A DNA stretch of 64,000 bases from Alphaproteobacteria bacterium (GCA_965243135.1 OZ251539.1:1856001-1920000); one strand, 5' to 3'; shown: positions 1-11,924, numbered from the stretch's first letter. Notes: generated by a model from the sequence alone, not told the origin. Translations and numbers: made by a program.

Positions 1-61
1 GAACGCCGCAAGGTCATTGCCTCCCGGCGGACGGTCGACAGCCCTCCCGGTCCGCGAAACG

Positions 62-205
62 TCAGGTCACGGAGTGAAATTTCACTTGTCGTTGTACCCG
101 TTGACGCTCTTCAAGGTCCCGCCCCAGCCGTCCGCTAATGGCCGAAACGAAGCGGAAAAATTCGTCGAGCGGTCTCGGGACGGCTTCGTCATCGAGCGGT
201 GTCAT
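62..205 (-). pseudogene. Possible degenerate DUF5615/PIN-like toxin remnant downstream of DUF433 antitoxin
   Basis: Overlaps the DUF433 3' end; N-terminus MTPLDDEAVPRPLDEFF resembles the M-x-LLDE-x-VP-x-x-L start of DUF5615 proteins, but only 47 aa long. Confidence 0.3.
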
Positions 206-413
206 CCGGAGCTTCGGCGAGCATTGTCTTTGCCAATCCGAGCACGCTGATTGCATGGCTCCGCGACACTGTGGGAAAGTTGTCGAGAAACACCTCAAGC
301 GGATCGCCCGCCTCCAGATACTCGATTAGAATGCGCACGGGAACCCGGGTGCCGGCGAACACCGGCGTTCCGCCGAGGATATTCGGGTTTCGATCAATGA
401 GAGCGTCGGTCAT
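189..413 (-). CDS. DUF433 domain antitoxin-like protein (74 aa)
   Basis: MTDALIDRNPNILGGTPVFAGTRVPVRILIEYLEAG...FLDNFPTVSR is the typical DUF433 pattern; ATG at 413. Confidence 0.85.
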   Translation of the reverse strand: MTDALIDRNPNILGGTPVFAGTRVPVRILIEYLEAGDPLEVFLDNFPTVSRSHAISVLGLAKTMLAEAPDDTAR

Positions 414-917
414 TGCTCTCTCCAAGGTTGCGCACCGGAGTCTGCGCTTCCGAAGCCGTCGAGTTTCTACCGCATCGTCTTCCAAATCTGAAGAACGGCA
501 TAGGCGTCGCGCATCAGCACCTTGGAGTCATTGACCGCCCAGTTTCGACATACAATAGTTCACAAGTAGAGCCTTGAATATGCGCAGACGAGAGTTTTCA
601 CTCAATCGACCGGCGGGGCGTCGTAAACGGAGAAGCGGGCTAATGGGATTGAAGCGGCGGTACATGGTTGGCTATAGAATCCCCAACCGTGCGCCGCGCA
701 GGAAGCGGCACCTATGGCGAGATGAGTTGGCCGGCGAGTGCCGCGGCGGGAGCCGTGCGCGCCGAATCGCGTCGCAAGGATGCCGAGAAATTTCGGAGAG
801 GTCCTGGTCGTCGCCACGGCGCATGCCTCAGGCGCAAGAGGAGTCCGCCGGGCGCGAAACCGAGGCGGTTCCGCCACGCCCAATTCGCCGCTGTTATTCG
901 GGAGCTTGAAGACGAAG

Positions 918-1736
918 ATGGTTAAACTCGACGCGCAGGAAACAAGTGCGCCTTTGCTTGATTTGCTGGAGCTCGATGAACTCACCGAAAGGGCCAAAGC
1001 GAAAGGGGGCGACCCTAACGCGCAATTCTGCTTGGGCTTCAAATATTATCAAGGAAGCGGCTGCGCCCGGGATTTCTCGAAGGCTTCGCACTGGTTTCGC
1101 AAGGCCTCCGAACAGGGTCACGCCGAGGCGCAGGAAAAGCTCGCCGAAATGCTCGATCGCGGCAAAGGGCTATCCTGCAACCTGGAAGAAGCGGCCGTGT
1201 GGTACAGTAAGGCGGCCGAACAAGGGCGAGCGAAAGCGCAAGCGCGACTAGCGGTGATGCTCGACCGAGGCGAAGGGATTCCCTGCGATCTGGAAGCGGC
1301 GGCGGCCCTGTATTGCAAGGCTGCAAGGCAGGGGGACGAAGAGGCGCAACTGCGATTGGCCGAGATGCTCGACAAGGGCGAGGGGGTGCCCCGAAATCGA
1401 GAAAAAGCCGAGAAGCTGTACCGCCCGCTTGCCGGACGGGGGAATCGTACCGCAAAGGCGTGGATCGATGCCTTCGATGCGGAAGAGGCGGAAAAACTCC
1501 GCGAAGCGGCGAATCAAGGGAATGCGATGGCGCAGTTCGGCCTTGCGGAAGCCTACGAAGAAGGACGCGGCGTGCAGAAGGACTTCGTGCTGGCCTATAT
1601 GTGGGGACGGCTTGCCGCCGATGGCGGCCACGAGGACGCAGGCAAATTTCTCCGATCGCTGGAAAGGGAGATGACGCAGGCGGAGGTCATGAGGGCGCAA
1701 CGCAAGGTTCAGGAATGGAAACTGACGCACTCATGA
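918..1736 (+). CDS. Sel1-repeat (TPR-like) protein
   Basis: Repeated AQxxLaxMxxxGxGvxxDxxxAxxWyxKAAeQG units; ATG at 918 chosen over the upstream ORF start. Confidence 0.9.
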   Translation: MVKLDAQETSAPLLDLLELDELTERAKAKGGDPNAQFCLGFKYYQGSGCARDFSKASHWFRKASEQGHAEAQEKLAEMLDRGKGLSCNLEEAAVWYSKAAEQGRAKAQARLAVMLDRGEGIPCDLEAAAALYCKAARQGDEEAQLRLAEMLDKGEGVPRNREKAEKLYRPLAGRGNRTAKAWIDAFDAEEAEKLREAANQGNAMAQFGLAEAYEEGRGVQKDFVLAYMWGRLAADGGHEDAGKFLRSLEREMTQAEVMRAQRKVQEWKLTHS

Positions 1737-1904
1737 TCCCGGCCTGCGGAAAAAGACCTGTCGGGCGGCAAGCGCGTCGTTTGCCCGCGTCCTTCTTTGG
1801 CGATTCGCGAAAATCTCTGGCGAAAGCTTGTTTCATCTGATATATGAAGGTCGGCTTTTTCGCGCCAGAAGAATCTCGGAGATTGATTTCTTGACGCAGT
1901 GGTT

Positions 1905-3272
1905 ATGAGTTTTTCCGAACTGGGACTGAGCGAGCAAGTCCTCGATGCGGTCGCCGATGCCGGTTACGCGGATCCGACCCCGATCCAGAAGGAAGCCATC
2001 CCCCATATCCTGACGGGACGGGACGTGCTCGGCTGCGCGCAGACCGGCACGGGCAAGACGGCGTCTTTCACGCTTCCGATGATCGACATCCTGTCGAGCG
2101 GGAGGGCGCGGGCGCGCATGCCCCGTTCCCTCGTCCTGACCCCGACCCGCGAACTCGCGAGCCAGATCGCCGAGAACTTCGAAATCTACGGCAAATACAA
2201 CAAACTCAGCATGGCGTTGCTGATCGGCGGCGTCTCGATGGAAGATCAGGTTCGCCTTCTCGACCGCGGCGTCGACGTTCTGATCGCGACGCCGGGCAGG
2301 CTGCTGGACCATTTCGAACGGGGCAGGATCCTGCTCACCGGCATTAAGATACTGGTCATCGACGAAGCCGACCGAATGCTCGACATGGGCTTCATTCCCG
2401 ATGTGGAGCGCATCGTGTCGCTGCTTCCCGCAATCCGCCAGACCCTTTTCTTCTCCGCGACCATCCCGCCTGAAATCAGGCGCCTGTCCGACAACTTCCT
2501 CAGCAATCCAAAGGAAATCACGGTCGCGCCGCCGTCCCGTCCCGCGGCCGAAACCGTGAAGCAGAGCCTCTCCGTGGTCGCGGCGCGCGACAAGCGCGAA
2601 ATGCTGCGGCGCCTCATCCGCCAGGAGAATGTCGAGACGGCGCTAATTTTCTGCAACAGGAAGCGCGACGTGGACATTCTGTTCCGCTCCCTGAAGAAAT
2701 ACGGATTCGACGCCGCGGCCCTGCATGGCGACATAGATCAGGCGACCCGGTTGGCTACCCTCGAGCGCTTCAAGAACGGCGAAATCGCCTTGCTGGTCGC
2801 GAGCGACGTGGCCGCGCGCGGTCTCGATATCGACGACTTGCCGACCGTCATCAATTTCGACGTTCCGGTCAGCTCCGAAAGCTACGTTCACCGGATCGGC
2901 CGAACCGGGCGGGCCGGTCGCGACGGCCGCGCCTACACGCTCGCCACGCCCGACGACCATCCCTACGTGGAGGCGATCGAGAAGCTGCTGGGAAACCGGA
3001 TCCCGCGGCTGGACGCGGGCGATCTCGCATGCGGCGACGCTCCCAAAGAGCGCGGCGGCAAATCCAGGCGGCGGCCTCGCGCGGCCGGCGCCCCTTCGCC
3101 GCGGCCGGCGCGGCGAGGAGCCGAAAAATCCGTCTCGAGGGAGGCGAACGGCGCGGCTTCGTCCAAGGGCGGCCGCCAGCGGACCAAAAGCAAGGAAGAA
3201 GCGGTGGTCGGAATGGGCGAACACGTTCCCGCGTTCCTGCTTCGCCCCGGCCGGCCGTCCGAACAAGGCTGA
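1905..3272 (+). CDS. DEAD-box RNA helicase (RhlE-like)
   Basis: AQTGTGKT, PTRELA, TPGRL, DEAD, SAT, ARGLD and HRIGRTGRAG motifs. Confidence 0.95.
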   Translation: MSFSELGLSEQVLDAVADAGYADPTPIQKEAIPHILTGRDVLGCAQTGTGKTASFTLPMIDILSSGRARARMPRSLVLTPTRELASQIAENFEIYGKYNKLSMALLIGGVSMEDQVRLLDRGVDVLIATPGRLLDHFERGRILLTGIKILVIDEADRMLDMGFIPDVERIVSLLPAIRQTLFFSATIPPEIRRLSDNFLSNPKEITVAPPSRPAAETVKQSLSVVAARDKREMLRRLIRQENVETALIFCNRKRDVDILFRSLKKYGFDAAALHGDIDQATRLATLERFKNGEIALLVASDVAARGLDIDDLPTVINFDVPVSSESYVHRIGRTGRAGRDGRAYTLATPDDHPYVEAIEKLLGNRIPRLDAGDLACGDAPKERGGKSRRRPRAAGAPSPRPARRGAEKSVSREANGAASSKGGRQRTKSKEEAVVGMGEHVPAFLLRPGRPSEQG

Positions 3273-3283
3273 GGATACAGGCG

Positions 3284-3526
3284 ATGCAGACCATATTCGT
3301 GATGGTGAAATGCGAACTCGGCAAGGCTTACGAGGTGGCGGCGGCCGCCGCGGACGACATCGAGAACGTCTCGGAGGTCTACTCGATTTCCGGCCAGTAC
3401 GACCTGCTGCTGAAATGCGCGCTCGAAAACGATATGGACATCGGACACTTCGTCACGCGGGAACTGCAAATGATCGAGGGAGTGAAGGACACCTTCACGC
3501 TGATCACGTTCAACGCCTTCACCTGA
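3284..3526 (+). CDS. Stand-alone Lrp/AsnC ligand-binding domain protein (80 aa)
   Basis: MQTIFVMVKCELGKAYEVA...EVYSISGQYDLLLK; GAGGA upstream. Confidence 0.85.
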   Translation: MQTIFVMVKCELGKAYEVAAAAADDIENVSEVYSISGQYDLLLKCALENDMDIGHFVTRELQMIEGVKDTFTLITFNAFT

Positions 3527-3545
3527 ACGTTCGCCGGACGGGAGC

Positions 3546-4163
3546 TCAACGAGGCAGCCCCTCTCTCCGGGTCATGTAGAGGGGCATCGAACCGTCGACG
3601 CGAAGCCGCGGCTCTTTCGAAGGAAGTTCGGTAAGCGCTTCGGTCTTCTCGAGACTTTCGCGGCAGCGGACGGCAAGATTCAGGTAGTCCCCGTTGCCTT
3701 CTTCTTTCCACCGTTTCTCCCCCTCGTTCAACTCCCGCCGAACCTTCGCCGGGATGCCCGCCAACACGACGTTGGAGGGAACCTTCATCGCCGCCGGAAC
3801 GAAGGCGAGCGCCGCGACGAGCGTATCGTCGCCGATTTCCGCTCCGTCCATCACGACGGAGTTCATGCCGACGAGAACTCCGTCGCCCAACGCGCACCCG
3901 TGCAAAACCGCGCCGTGGCCGACGTTGCAACGCTCGCCGATCAAAGTGCTGCCGCCGGCGAAGGCATGAACGGTGCAGTTGTCCTGTACGTTGCTGCCGT
4001 TCCCCACCACGATCTGTCCGAAATCTGCGCGAAGCGAAGCCGAAGGCCCGATATAGCAATCCGCGCCCACGACGACATCGCCAATCAGCACGGCGGTCGG
4101 ATGCACGAAGGCCGCCGGATCGACGACGGGAACCACCCCGTCGATCGCGTATACCGTCGGCAT
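3546..4163 (-). CDS. Gamma carbonic anhydrase-like hexapeptide-repeat protein (PaaY/CaiE-like)
   Basis: HPTAVLIGDV, LRADFG, NVQDNCTVH, GHGAVLHGC. Confidence 0.9.
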   Translation of the reverse strand: MPTVYAIDGVVPVVDPAAFVHPTAVLIGDVVVGADCYIGPSASLRADFGQIVVGNGSNVQDNCTVHAFAGGSTLIGERCNVGHGAVLHGCALGDGVLVGMNSVVMDGAEIGDDTLVAALAFVPAAMKVPSNVVLAGIPAKVRRELNEGEKRWKEEGNGDYLNLAVRCRESLEKTEALTELPSKEPRLRVDGSMPLYMTRREGLPR

Positions 4164-4196
4164 GGCCTTCAGACGCGGCGCTCGACGGCCGCCGCT

Positions 4197-4532
4197 TCAG
4201 ACATGGAACGATTCGCCGCAGCCGCAGCGCCCTTTCTCGTTCGGATTGTTGAACACGAAACCCGACTGCAGCTTGTCTTCGACGTAATCCATTTCGGTGC
4301 CTATCAAGAACATCAGCGCCTTGGAATCGACGAACAGCTTGACGCCTTTCTCTTCGACGACTTCGTCGAGAGGCTGCTTTTGCTCGGCGAATTCCATTTC
4401 GTAGGCCATGCCGGAGCACCCGCCGGTGCGGATTCCGATTCTGAGCCCTTCGGCCGCCGTCGGCCGGCTCGACATCAGATGCTTGACCCGCGCCGCCGCG
4501 CCGTCGGTCAGCGTCATCACCGATGTAGCCAT
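4197..4532 (-). CDS. sufA: A-type Fe-S carrier (SufA/IscA, HesB family)
   Basis: GGCSG and C-terminal CGCGESF; last gene of the suf operon. Confidence 0.9.
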   Translation of the reverse strand: MATSVMTLTDGAAARVKHLMSSRPTAAEGLRIGIRTGGCSGMAYEMEFAEQKQPLDEVVEEKGVKLFVDSKALMFLIGTEMDYVEDKLQSGFVFNNPNEKGRCGCGESFHV

Positions 4533-4570
4533 CAAGCTTCTCCTCGCTTTCGAAAGACCGTTTCCGGATC

Positions 4571-4906
4571 CTAGAAGAATCCCAGTTCGAGCTTCGCCGC
4601 CTCGGACATCATTTCCGGATTCCACGGCGGATCCCATGTCAGTTCCAGTTCCACTTCGTCGACTCCGTCCACCTGCTCCACGCGGGTCCGAACCTGTTCG
4701 GGCAGGATTTCCGCCACGGGGCAATGAGGCGACGTCAGCGTCATGACCAGCCCTACTTTTCCCCCGTCCGATACTTCGACGTCGTATATCAGGCCGAGTT
4801 CGTAAATGTTGACGGGGATTTCCGGGTCGTAGCACTCGCTGATCGCCGCCACGACCTCCGCTTTGAGCGCATCCGCCGGCGAAACGGCTTCCTGGGTCGT
4901 TTCCAT
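4571..4906 (-). CDS. sufT: SUF-associated DUF59 protein (SufT-like)
   Basis: YDPEIPVNIYELGLIY, MTLTSPHCPVA, WDPPW. Confidence 0.88.
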   Translation of the reverse strand: METTQEAVSPADALKAEVVAAISECYDPEIPVNIYELGLIYDVEVSDGGKVGLVMTLTSPHCPVAEILPEQVRTRVEQVDGVDEVELELTWDPPWNPEMMSEAAKLELGFF

Positions 4907-4910
4907 GGAT

Positions 4911-5351
4911 CTACTCGGTCGTTATTTCGCCGCCGCCCTGAAGCGCGGCGTCGAAGGTGTGCCAGGGAAGGGTCGCGCATTTTACGCGCGCAGGGAATTT
5001 GCGCACGCCCATGAGGGCGGACAATTCGTCCGTTCCGTCGTCGTCGCCGCTGCCCGTGACGCGGGCGATGAAGTCCTCGAAGACCTTTCTCGCTTCGGTC
5101 ACGTCCTTGCCCTTGAGCAGTTCCGTCATCATCGAGGCCGACGCCACCGAAATCGCGCAGCCGCGCGCCTCGAAACGAACGTTCGCGACGCGCTCGCCCT
5201 GCACTTCCACCTGAACCGTTATTCGATCGCCGCACAACGGGTTGTTGCCGTGGGCTTCGCCGGAAGGCCGTTCGAGCCGTCCCGAATTGCGGGGCGACCG
5301 GCTGTGGTCCAGAATGATTTCCTGGTAGAGGTCGCGAAGATCGACTCTCAT
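4911..5351 (-). CDS. sufU: SUF system NifU-family sulfur-transfer protein
   Basis: LYQEIILDH, NPLCGD, GCAIS, RVKCATLPW; overlaps the sufS stop. Confidence 0.9.
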   Translation of the reverse strand: MRVDLRDLYQEIILDHSRSPRNSGRLERPSGEAHGNNPLCGDRITVQVEVQGERVANVRFEARGCAISVASASMMTELLKGKDVTEARKVFEDFIARVTGSGDDDGTDELSALMGVRKFPARVKCATLPWHTFDAALQGGGEITTE

Positions 5352-6571
5352 CCGAAAATCTCCCTCACTCGCCCGATGCCTTCGACCAGGGCGTCCACTT
5401 CCGTCGCCGTGTTGTACAGGCCGAATGAAGCGCGAACCGTCGCCGCCATGTCGAAACGGTCCATGACCGGTTGCGCGCAATGATGTCCGGTCCGCACCGC
5501 GATCCCTTCATGGTCGAGGATCGTTCCGACATCGTGCGGGTGCACGTCCCGGACGTTGAACGACAGGATCGCCGCTTTCTCGTCGGCCATGCCGACGATA
5601 TCGACGGCGTTCAGGGCGGAAAGCCGCTCGGTCGCGTATGCGAGCAGATTTCGCTCGTGCGTTCCGATGGCGTCGAAACCGAGATCGTCCAGATATTCGA
5701 TCGCCGATCCGAGCGCGATCGCGCCGGCGATATGAGGGGTTCCCGCCTCGAACTTGAAGGGAAGATCGGCGTAGGTCGTCTTTTCGAACGTAACCCGGTC
5801 GATCATCTCCCCGCCGCTCTGATACGGCGGCATTTCTTCGAGCAGAGATTCCCTTCCGTAAAGAACGCCGATGCCGCTCGGGCCATATAGCTTGTGACCT
5901 GAAAAAACGTAGAAATCCGCGTCCAGCGCCCGCACGTCGACGGGCATGTGGGGCGCCGCCTGGCAACCGTCGACAAGAACCAGAGCCCCGACGCCGCGCG
6001 CGGCCCGGACCGCCTCCGCGATCGGCACGACCGTTCCCAGCGCGTTCGATACGTGCGTCAAGGCCACCATCTTCGTCCGCGGCGAAAGCAGCTTCGCGTA
6101 TTCGTCGAACAAAAAGTTGCCGAGGTCGTCGACGGGAGCCACCTTGATGACCGCGCCGGTCCGCTGGGCGACGATCTGCCAGGGAACGATATTGGAATGA
6201 TGCTCCATGACCGACAGGACGATTTCGTCGCCTTCGGAGAGGTTCGCGCCGCCCCACGACGACGCGACGAGGTTGATTCCTTCGGTCGCGCCCCGAACGA
6301 AGATCGTTTCCCGTTCCGACGCCGCGTTGAGAAACCTCCGCGCCAGTCCGCGGCTCTTCTCCATTGCCTCCGTCGCCCTCTGACTCAGATGATGAACGCC
6401 GCGATGAACGTTCGCGTATTCCGTCTCGTAGGCGCGTTGCATCCGGGCGACGACGGCGGACGGCTTCTGGGCGCTCGCGCCGTTGTCGAGATAGACCAAC
6501 GGCTTGCCGTGGACGCGCTCCGACAGAATCGGGAAATCTTCGCGGATTCTATCGACTGGATACGGAGCCAT
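5348..6571 (-). CDS. sufS: Cysteine desulfurase SufS
   Basis: YLDNGASAQKP, EHHSNIVPWQ, SGHKLYGP, RTGHHCAQP. Confidence 0.95.
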   Translation of the reverse strand: MAPYPVDRIREDFPILSERVHGKPLVYLDNGASAQKPSAVVARMQRAYETEYANVHRGVHHLSQRATEAMEKSRGLARRFLNAASERETIFVRGATEGINLVASSWGGANLSEGDEIVLSVMEHHSNIVPWQIVAQRTGAVIKVAPVDDLGNFLFDEYAKLLSPRTKMVALTHVSNALGTVVPIAEAVRAARGVGALVLVDGCQAAPHMPVDVRALDADFYVFSGHKLYGPSGIGVLYGRESLLEEMPPYQSGGEMIDRVTFEKTTYADLPFKFEAGTPHIAGAIALGSAIEYLDDLGFDAIGTHERNLLAYATERLSALNAVDIVGMADEKAAILSFNVRDVHPHDVGTILDHEGIAVRTGHHCAQPVMDRFDMAATVRASFGLYNTATEVDALVEGIGRVREIFG

Positions 6572-6573
6572 CT

Positions 6574-7842
6574 TCACCCCTTCATCCAGGCGGACACGGC
6601 GTCGGCGAGATGGTCTCGGACTGCGCCCTCCGGCGCCCCCTCGACGATTTCGGCGACGAACGCCTCGATCAACAGCGCGCGGGCTTCCGTCGGCGCGATT
6701 CCGCGGCTCTGAAGATAGAAAAGCGCGTTCCGGTCGAGATCGCCCACCGTCGCGCCGTGGGCGCACTTGACGTCGTCGGCAAAGATTCTCAGTTCCGGCT
6801 TGGCGTCGGCGCGCGTTCCCGGCGACAGAAGCAAACTGCGGCTGGACTGGCTCGAATCCGTTTTCTGCGCCTCCTTGCGCACGACGACTCCGCCCTGAAA
6901 GACCGCCCGCGCCGCGTCGTCGAGCGCATTGCGGAAAACCTGGCGACTCAAGGTATGCGGTACGCGGTGAACGGCTTCCGTCGTGTTGTCTCCGTGCTGG
7001 CGGCCGCGCAGCAACAGGCCGCCGCGCAGATTGCACTCGCCTCCGGTTCCGTCGAACGAGACGCGCGTTTCGTTGCGCGACAGGGCCGCGCCGACGCCGA
7101 GCGCCGTGCTGTCGTAACCGGAATCGCGCCCCAACCCGACCCGCGTCGAGGCGGTATGGTAGGCGGACGCCGCCTCGGCCTGGAGCTTGACGTGAGCCAC
7201 GCGCGCCCCGGCGGCTATGCGCAGTTCCGTTACGGCGTTCGTCCAGTAGCTTTCGGAACAGCTGCCGACGAACGTTTCGACCACGGTCGCCCGGCTCCCG
7301 GCTTCGGCGATCACCAACGTGCGGGGATGTGTGGAAATTCCGCCCGTGCCCGCAACGTGGAGCACCTGAACCGGTCGCTCCAGCGCGGCGCCCCGCGACA
7401 GCTTCAGAACGAGCCCGTCGCGCATGAAGGCGGTATTGAGCGCGACCAGCGAGGCGCCGTCTCCATGGGACGACAACTCGTCCTCCACGTCGTCGATGGA
7501 AGCCGAAAGCGGCGCGAGAAAAACGCCGGCCGGCGGATTGCCGACCGCGGACAGCTTCGGATCGAAGCGTCCGTCCACGATCGCGATCCGAAAGGCGCCC
7601 TCCAGACAATGCTTCTCGGAGAACGACCCGGCGGCAGCTGCCGGAATCGGGTCGAAATCGGCCCGGGCGAGCCGGTCGAGGTTGGTGTATTTCCATGACT
7701 CCATCCGGGGAGTCGGGAATCCCCGATTCGCGAACGCTTCGAGCGCCCTGCTCCGCCTTCCTGACAGATCGGCGCCGGGCAGTTCCGAGCCTCTTTTCTC
7801 GAAACGTTCCAGAATTGGAGCGATGTTCCGGGGGCGCGCCAT
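6574..7842 (-). CDS. sufD: Fe-S assembly protein SufD
   Basis: ESWKYT, KPELRIFADDVKCAHGAT, FYLQSRGI. Confidence 0.93.
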   Translation of the reverse strand: MARPRNIAPILERFEKRGSELPGADLSGRRSRALEAFANRGFPTPRMESWKYTNLDRLARADFDPIPAAAAGSFSEKHCLEGAFRIAIVDGRFDPKLSAVGNPPAGVFLAPLSASIDDVEDELSSHGDGASLVALNTAFMRDGLVLKLSRGAALERPVQVLHVAGTGGISTHPRTLVIAEAGSRATVVETFVGSCSESYWTNAVTELRIAAGARVAHVKLQAEAASAYHTASTRVGLGRDSGYDSTALGVGAALSRNETRVSFDGTGGECNLRGGLLLRGRQHGDNTTEAVHRVPHTLSRQVFRNALDDAARAVFQGGVVVRKEAQKTDSSQSSRSLLLSPGTRADAKPELRIFADDVKCAHGATVGDLDRNALFYLQSRGIAPTEARALLIEAFVAEIVEGAPEGAVRDHLADAVSAWMKG

Positions 7843-7843
7843 C

Positions 7844-8608
7844 TCAAGCCGCGGCCGGCGTCTCGTCGCCGTATCGTGCGTAGCCTTCCCTCTCGAGTTC
7901 GAGCGCGAGTTCCTTGCCGCCGCTTTCGGCAAGCCGGCCCTCCGCCATCACATGAACGAAATCGGGGACGACATGATTGAGCAGCCGCTGATAGTGCGTG
8001 ATGACGATCATGGATCGGTCCGGCGAGCGCAACCGGTTGACGCCGCTCGCGACGACGCCGAGCGCATCGATGTCGAGGCCCGAATCCGTTTCGTCCAGGA
8101 TCGCGAAAACGGGTTCGAGCATGGCCATCTGGAAGATTTCGTTGCGTTTCTTCTCGCCGCCCGAAAACCCGACGTTCACCGGCCGCTTGAGAAGGTCGTC
8201 CTTCATTTCGAGCCATTCGCCCTTTTCGCGGGCGAGCCGGAGAAAGCCGATGGCGTCGAGCTCCCGTTCGCCCCGCGCCTTGCGCACGGCGTTCACGGCC
8301 GTCTTCAGAAACGTCAGGTTCGAGACGCCGGGAATTTCGACGGGATACTGAAACGCGAGATACAGGCCAGCCGCGGCGCGTTCGTGCGGTTCCATCGCAA
8401 GCAGGTCGACGCCGCCCAACAGCGCCTCTCCGGCGGTCACCTCGTATCCTTCGCGTCCGGTCAGCACGTGGGACAACGTGCTCTTGCCCGAGCCGTTCGG
8501 CCCCATGACGGCGTGGACTTCGCCCTTGCCGATCTCGAGATCGATTCCCTTCAGGATGGGCTTGCCGGCCGCCGAAGCGTGCAGCCCTCTGATCGACAAG
8601 AGACTCAT
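7844..8608 (-). CDS. sufC: Fe-S assembly ATPase SufC
   Basis: GPNGSGKST, GFSGGEKKRNE, LDETDSGLDIDAL. Confidence 0.96.
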   Translation of the reverse strand: MSLLSIRGLHASAAGKPILKGIDLEIGKGEVHAVMGPNGSGKSTLSHVLTGREGYEVTAGEALLGGVDLLAMEPHERAAAGLYLAFQYPVEIPGVSNLTFLKTAVNAVRKARGERELDAIGFLRLAREKGEWLEMKDDLLKRPVNVGFSGGEKKRNEIFQMAMLEPVFAILDETDSGLDIDALGVVASGVNRLRSPDRSMIVITHYQRLLNHVVPDFVHVMAEGRLAESGGKELALELEREGYARYGDETPAAA

Positions 8609-8618
8609 GAGGCTTTCC

Positions 8619-10064
<1,446 letters not shown>

Positions 10065-10078
10065 GCGCCGTTCCTCTT

Positions 10079-10540
10079 TCAGGCCGCTGCGCCGGCTGCC
10101 GAGGCGCCGCCGGCGTCCGCAGCGAGGCGCGACAGCGCGGGCCGCGCCATCTCCTCCAGCGAAACGCCTTCGAGGGCTTCGACCAGCGCATCGTTGATCC
10201 GGCGCCAGTTGGTCCGCGTCGGGCACAACGCCTCGATCTCGCAGATCGCGCCGTCGGAGGTCATGCATTCGGTGAGCGCGATGGGTCCGTCGAGCGCGGC
10301 CACGATTTCCGCGACGGATATGTCGGCCGAATCGCGCGCGAGGCGGTAACCTCCGTCGGCGCCGCGGCGAGACGCGAGGAGCTTCGCGGCGGCGAGCTGC
10401 TTCAGCAATTTGCTTACGGTCGGCGCGGGCAGAACGGCGGCGCGCGCCAACTCGCCGGCCGTGGTGCGCCGCGCGCCCGCTCGCGCCAGTTGCACCATCA
10501 GCACGACCCCGTAATCCGCCATTCGGCTCAGCTTGATCAT
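10079..10540 (-). CDS. Rrf2-family SUF regulator
   Basis: [20 protein letters not shown] and three Cys (C-x7-C-x5-C); heads the suf operon. Confidence 0.9.
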   Translation of the reverse strand: MIKLSRMADYGVVLMVQLARAGARRTTAGELARAAVLPAPTVSKLLKQLAAAKLLASRRGADGGYRLARDSADISVAEIVAALDGPIALTECMTSDGAICEIEALCPTRTNWRRINDALVEALEGVSLEEMARPALSRLAADAGGASAAGAAA

Positions 10541-10552
10541 CAAGCGCACCCC

Positions 10553-10601
10553 AATCCGCACCGGATCGGTACTAATTTAGGCTGACGCCGAAGAATGTCA
10601 A
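10553..10601 (-). promoter_or_regulatory. Putative suf promoter and imperfect palindrome (possible Rrf2 operator)
   Basis: Minus strand TTGACA-N16-TAAATT, overlapped by the quasi-palindrome AATTAGTACCGATCCGGTGCGGATT. Confidence 0.5.
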
Positions 10602-10628
10602 GGCGGCGCGGAACTCCCCCGCCGGGCG

Positions 10629-11924
10629 CTATCCGCCCATCAGGCTCGGCAGGTAGAGAGCCAGTCCCGGGATGAATATGACCAGCAGCAGGCGAACGAT
10701 GTCCGCCAGAAAGAAAGGACCGATGCCGCTGAATATTCCCCACAGCGACATTTCCGGGAGGAGCGTCTTGAGCACGAACACGTTCATGCCGATAGGAGGC
10801 GTAATCAAGCTGATCTCGGTTACCATGATCACGACGATGCCGAACCAGATGAGGTCGAATCCCAAGCTGTCGACCACGGGAAAGAAGATCGGCACGGTCA
10901 ACAGAATCATGCCGATCCCTTCGAAAATGCAGCCAAGCACGACGTAGATGAGGCAGATCACCAGGATGACGGTGATCGGCGGAATGTCGAGCGAGTCCAC
11001 CCAATCCACGATCTGGACCGGCATCCCCGAAATGTTCATGAAATTGGAAAGGATGATCGCGCCGAAGGCGACGCTGAACACCATCGTCGTGGTCTGGCCG
11101 GCCTCGACCAGCCCGCCGAAGAACTCCCGCCACCCCATCTTGCGGCGCATGACGGCAAAGGCCGCCGCGCCGACGGCTCCGATCCCGCCGGCCTCCGTCG
11201 GCGTGAACACGCCGAGATAAATGCCGCCCAGCACAAGGACGAACAGGGCGAGGATGCCCCATACGCCCTTCAACGCCCTGAACCTGTCCGGCCACGAGGT
11301 CCACGGACCGGGCGGTCCGAGTTCGGGACGGAAAGTGATCAGCGCCTTGATCACGAAGATATAGAGAAGAATGGTTATAATTCCCGGAACGATCCCGGCG
11401 ATGAAGAGTTTGCCGACATCCTCTTCGACAATGATGCCGTAAATCACCAGCGCGATGCTCGGCGGGATGAGAATGCCCATCGTCCCGCCGGCCGCGATGG
11501 TTCCGGCGGCGAGATTTTCGTTGTAGCGATACCGCCGCATCGACGGCATGGCGACTTTGGCCATCGTCGCGGCGGTGGCGACCGAACTTCCGGACACGGC
11601 GCTGAAGCCGCCGCACGCCGCGACCGTCGCCATCGCGAGCCCGCCCTTGTGATGGCCGAGCCAGGCGTTCGACGCGTCGTACAGGTCCTCCGACAGCGCG
11701 GCGCGGTACACGAACGCCCCCATCAGCACGAACAGCGGCAGCACCGAAAACGAATAACTCATCGCGAAGTCGAGAATCAGCTGCCCCACGGTCTCCAGGG
11801 CCGGCTCCCAGCCGCGCACGAGTCCGAACCCGACGAAGCCGACCGCCACCATGGCGAATCCAAGCGGAAAACCCAGAAACACCATCAGCAGCAGTATCGC
11901 GAAACCGGCGAGCGATTCGATCAT
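10629..11924 (-). CDS. TRAP transporter large permease (DctM family)
   Basis: Hydrophobic; SGSSVATAATM, GTMGILIPPS, GVFTPTEAG, ITPPIGMN. Confidence 0.93.
   Translation of the reverse strand: MIESLAGFAILLLMVFLGFPLGFAMVAVGFVGFGLVRGWEPALETVGQLILDFAMSYSFSVLPLFVLMGAFVYRAALSEDLYDASNAWLGHHKGGLAMATVAACGGFSAVSGSSVATAATMAKVAMPSMRRYRYNENLAAGTIAAGGTMGILIPPSIALVIYGIIVEEDVGKLFIAGIVPGIITILLYIFVIKALITFRPELGPPGPWTSWPDRFRALKGVWGILALFVLVLGGIYLGVFTPTEAGGIGAVGAAAFAVMRRKMGWREFFGGLVEAGQTTTMVFSVAFGAIILSNFMNISGMPVQIVDWVDSLDIPPITVILVICLIYVVLGCIFEGIGMILLTVPIFFPVVDSLGFDLIWFGIVVIMVTEISLITPPIGMNVFVLKTLLPEMSLWGIFSGIGPFFLADIVRLLLVIFIPGLALYLPSLMGG

Noticed and set aside
480-900. AT-richer stretch with short ORFs as a gene or IS fragment
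   Set aside because: No recognisable motif or terminal repeats.
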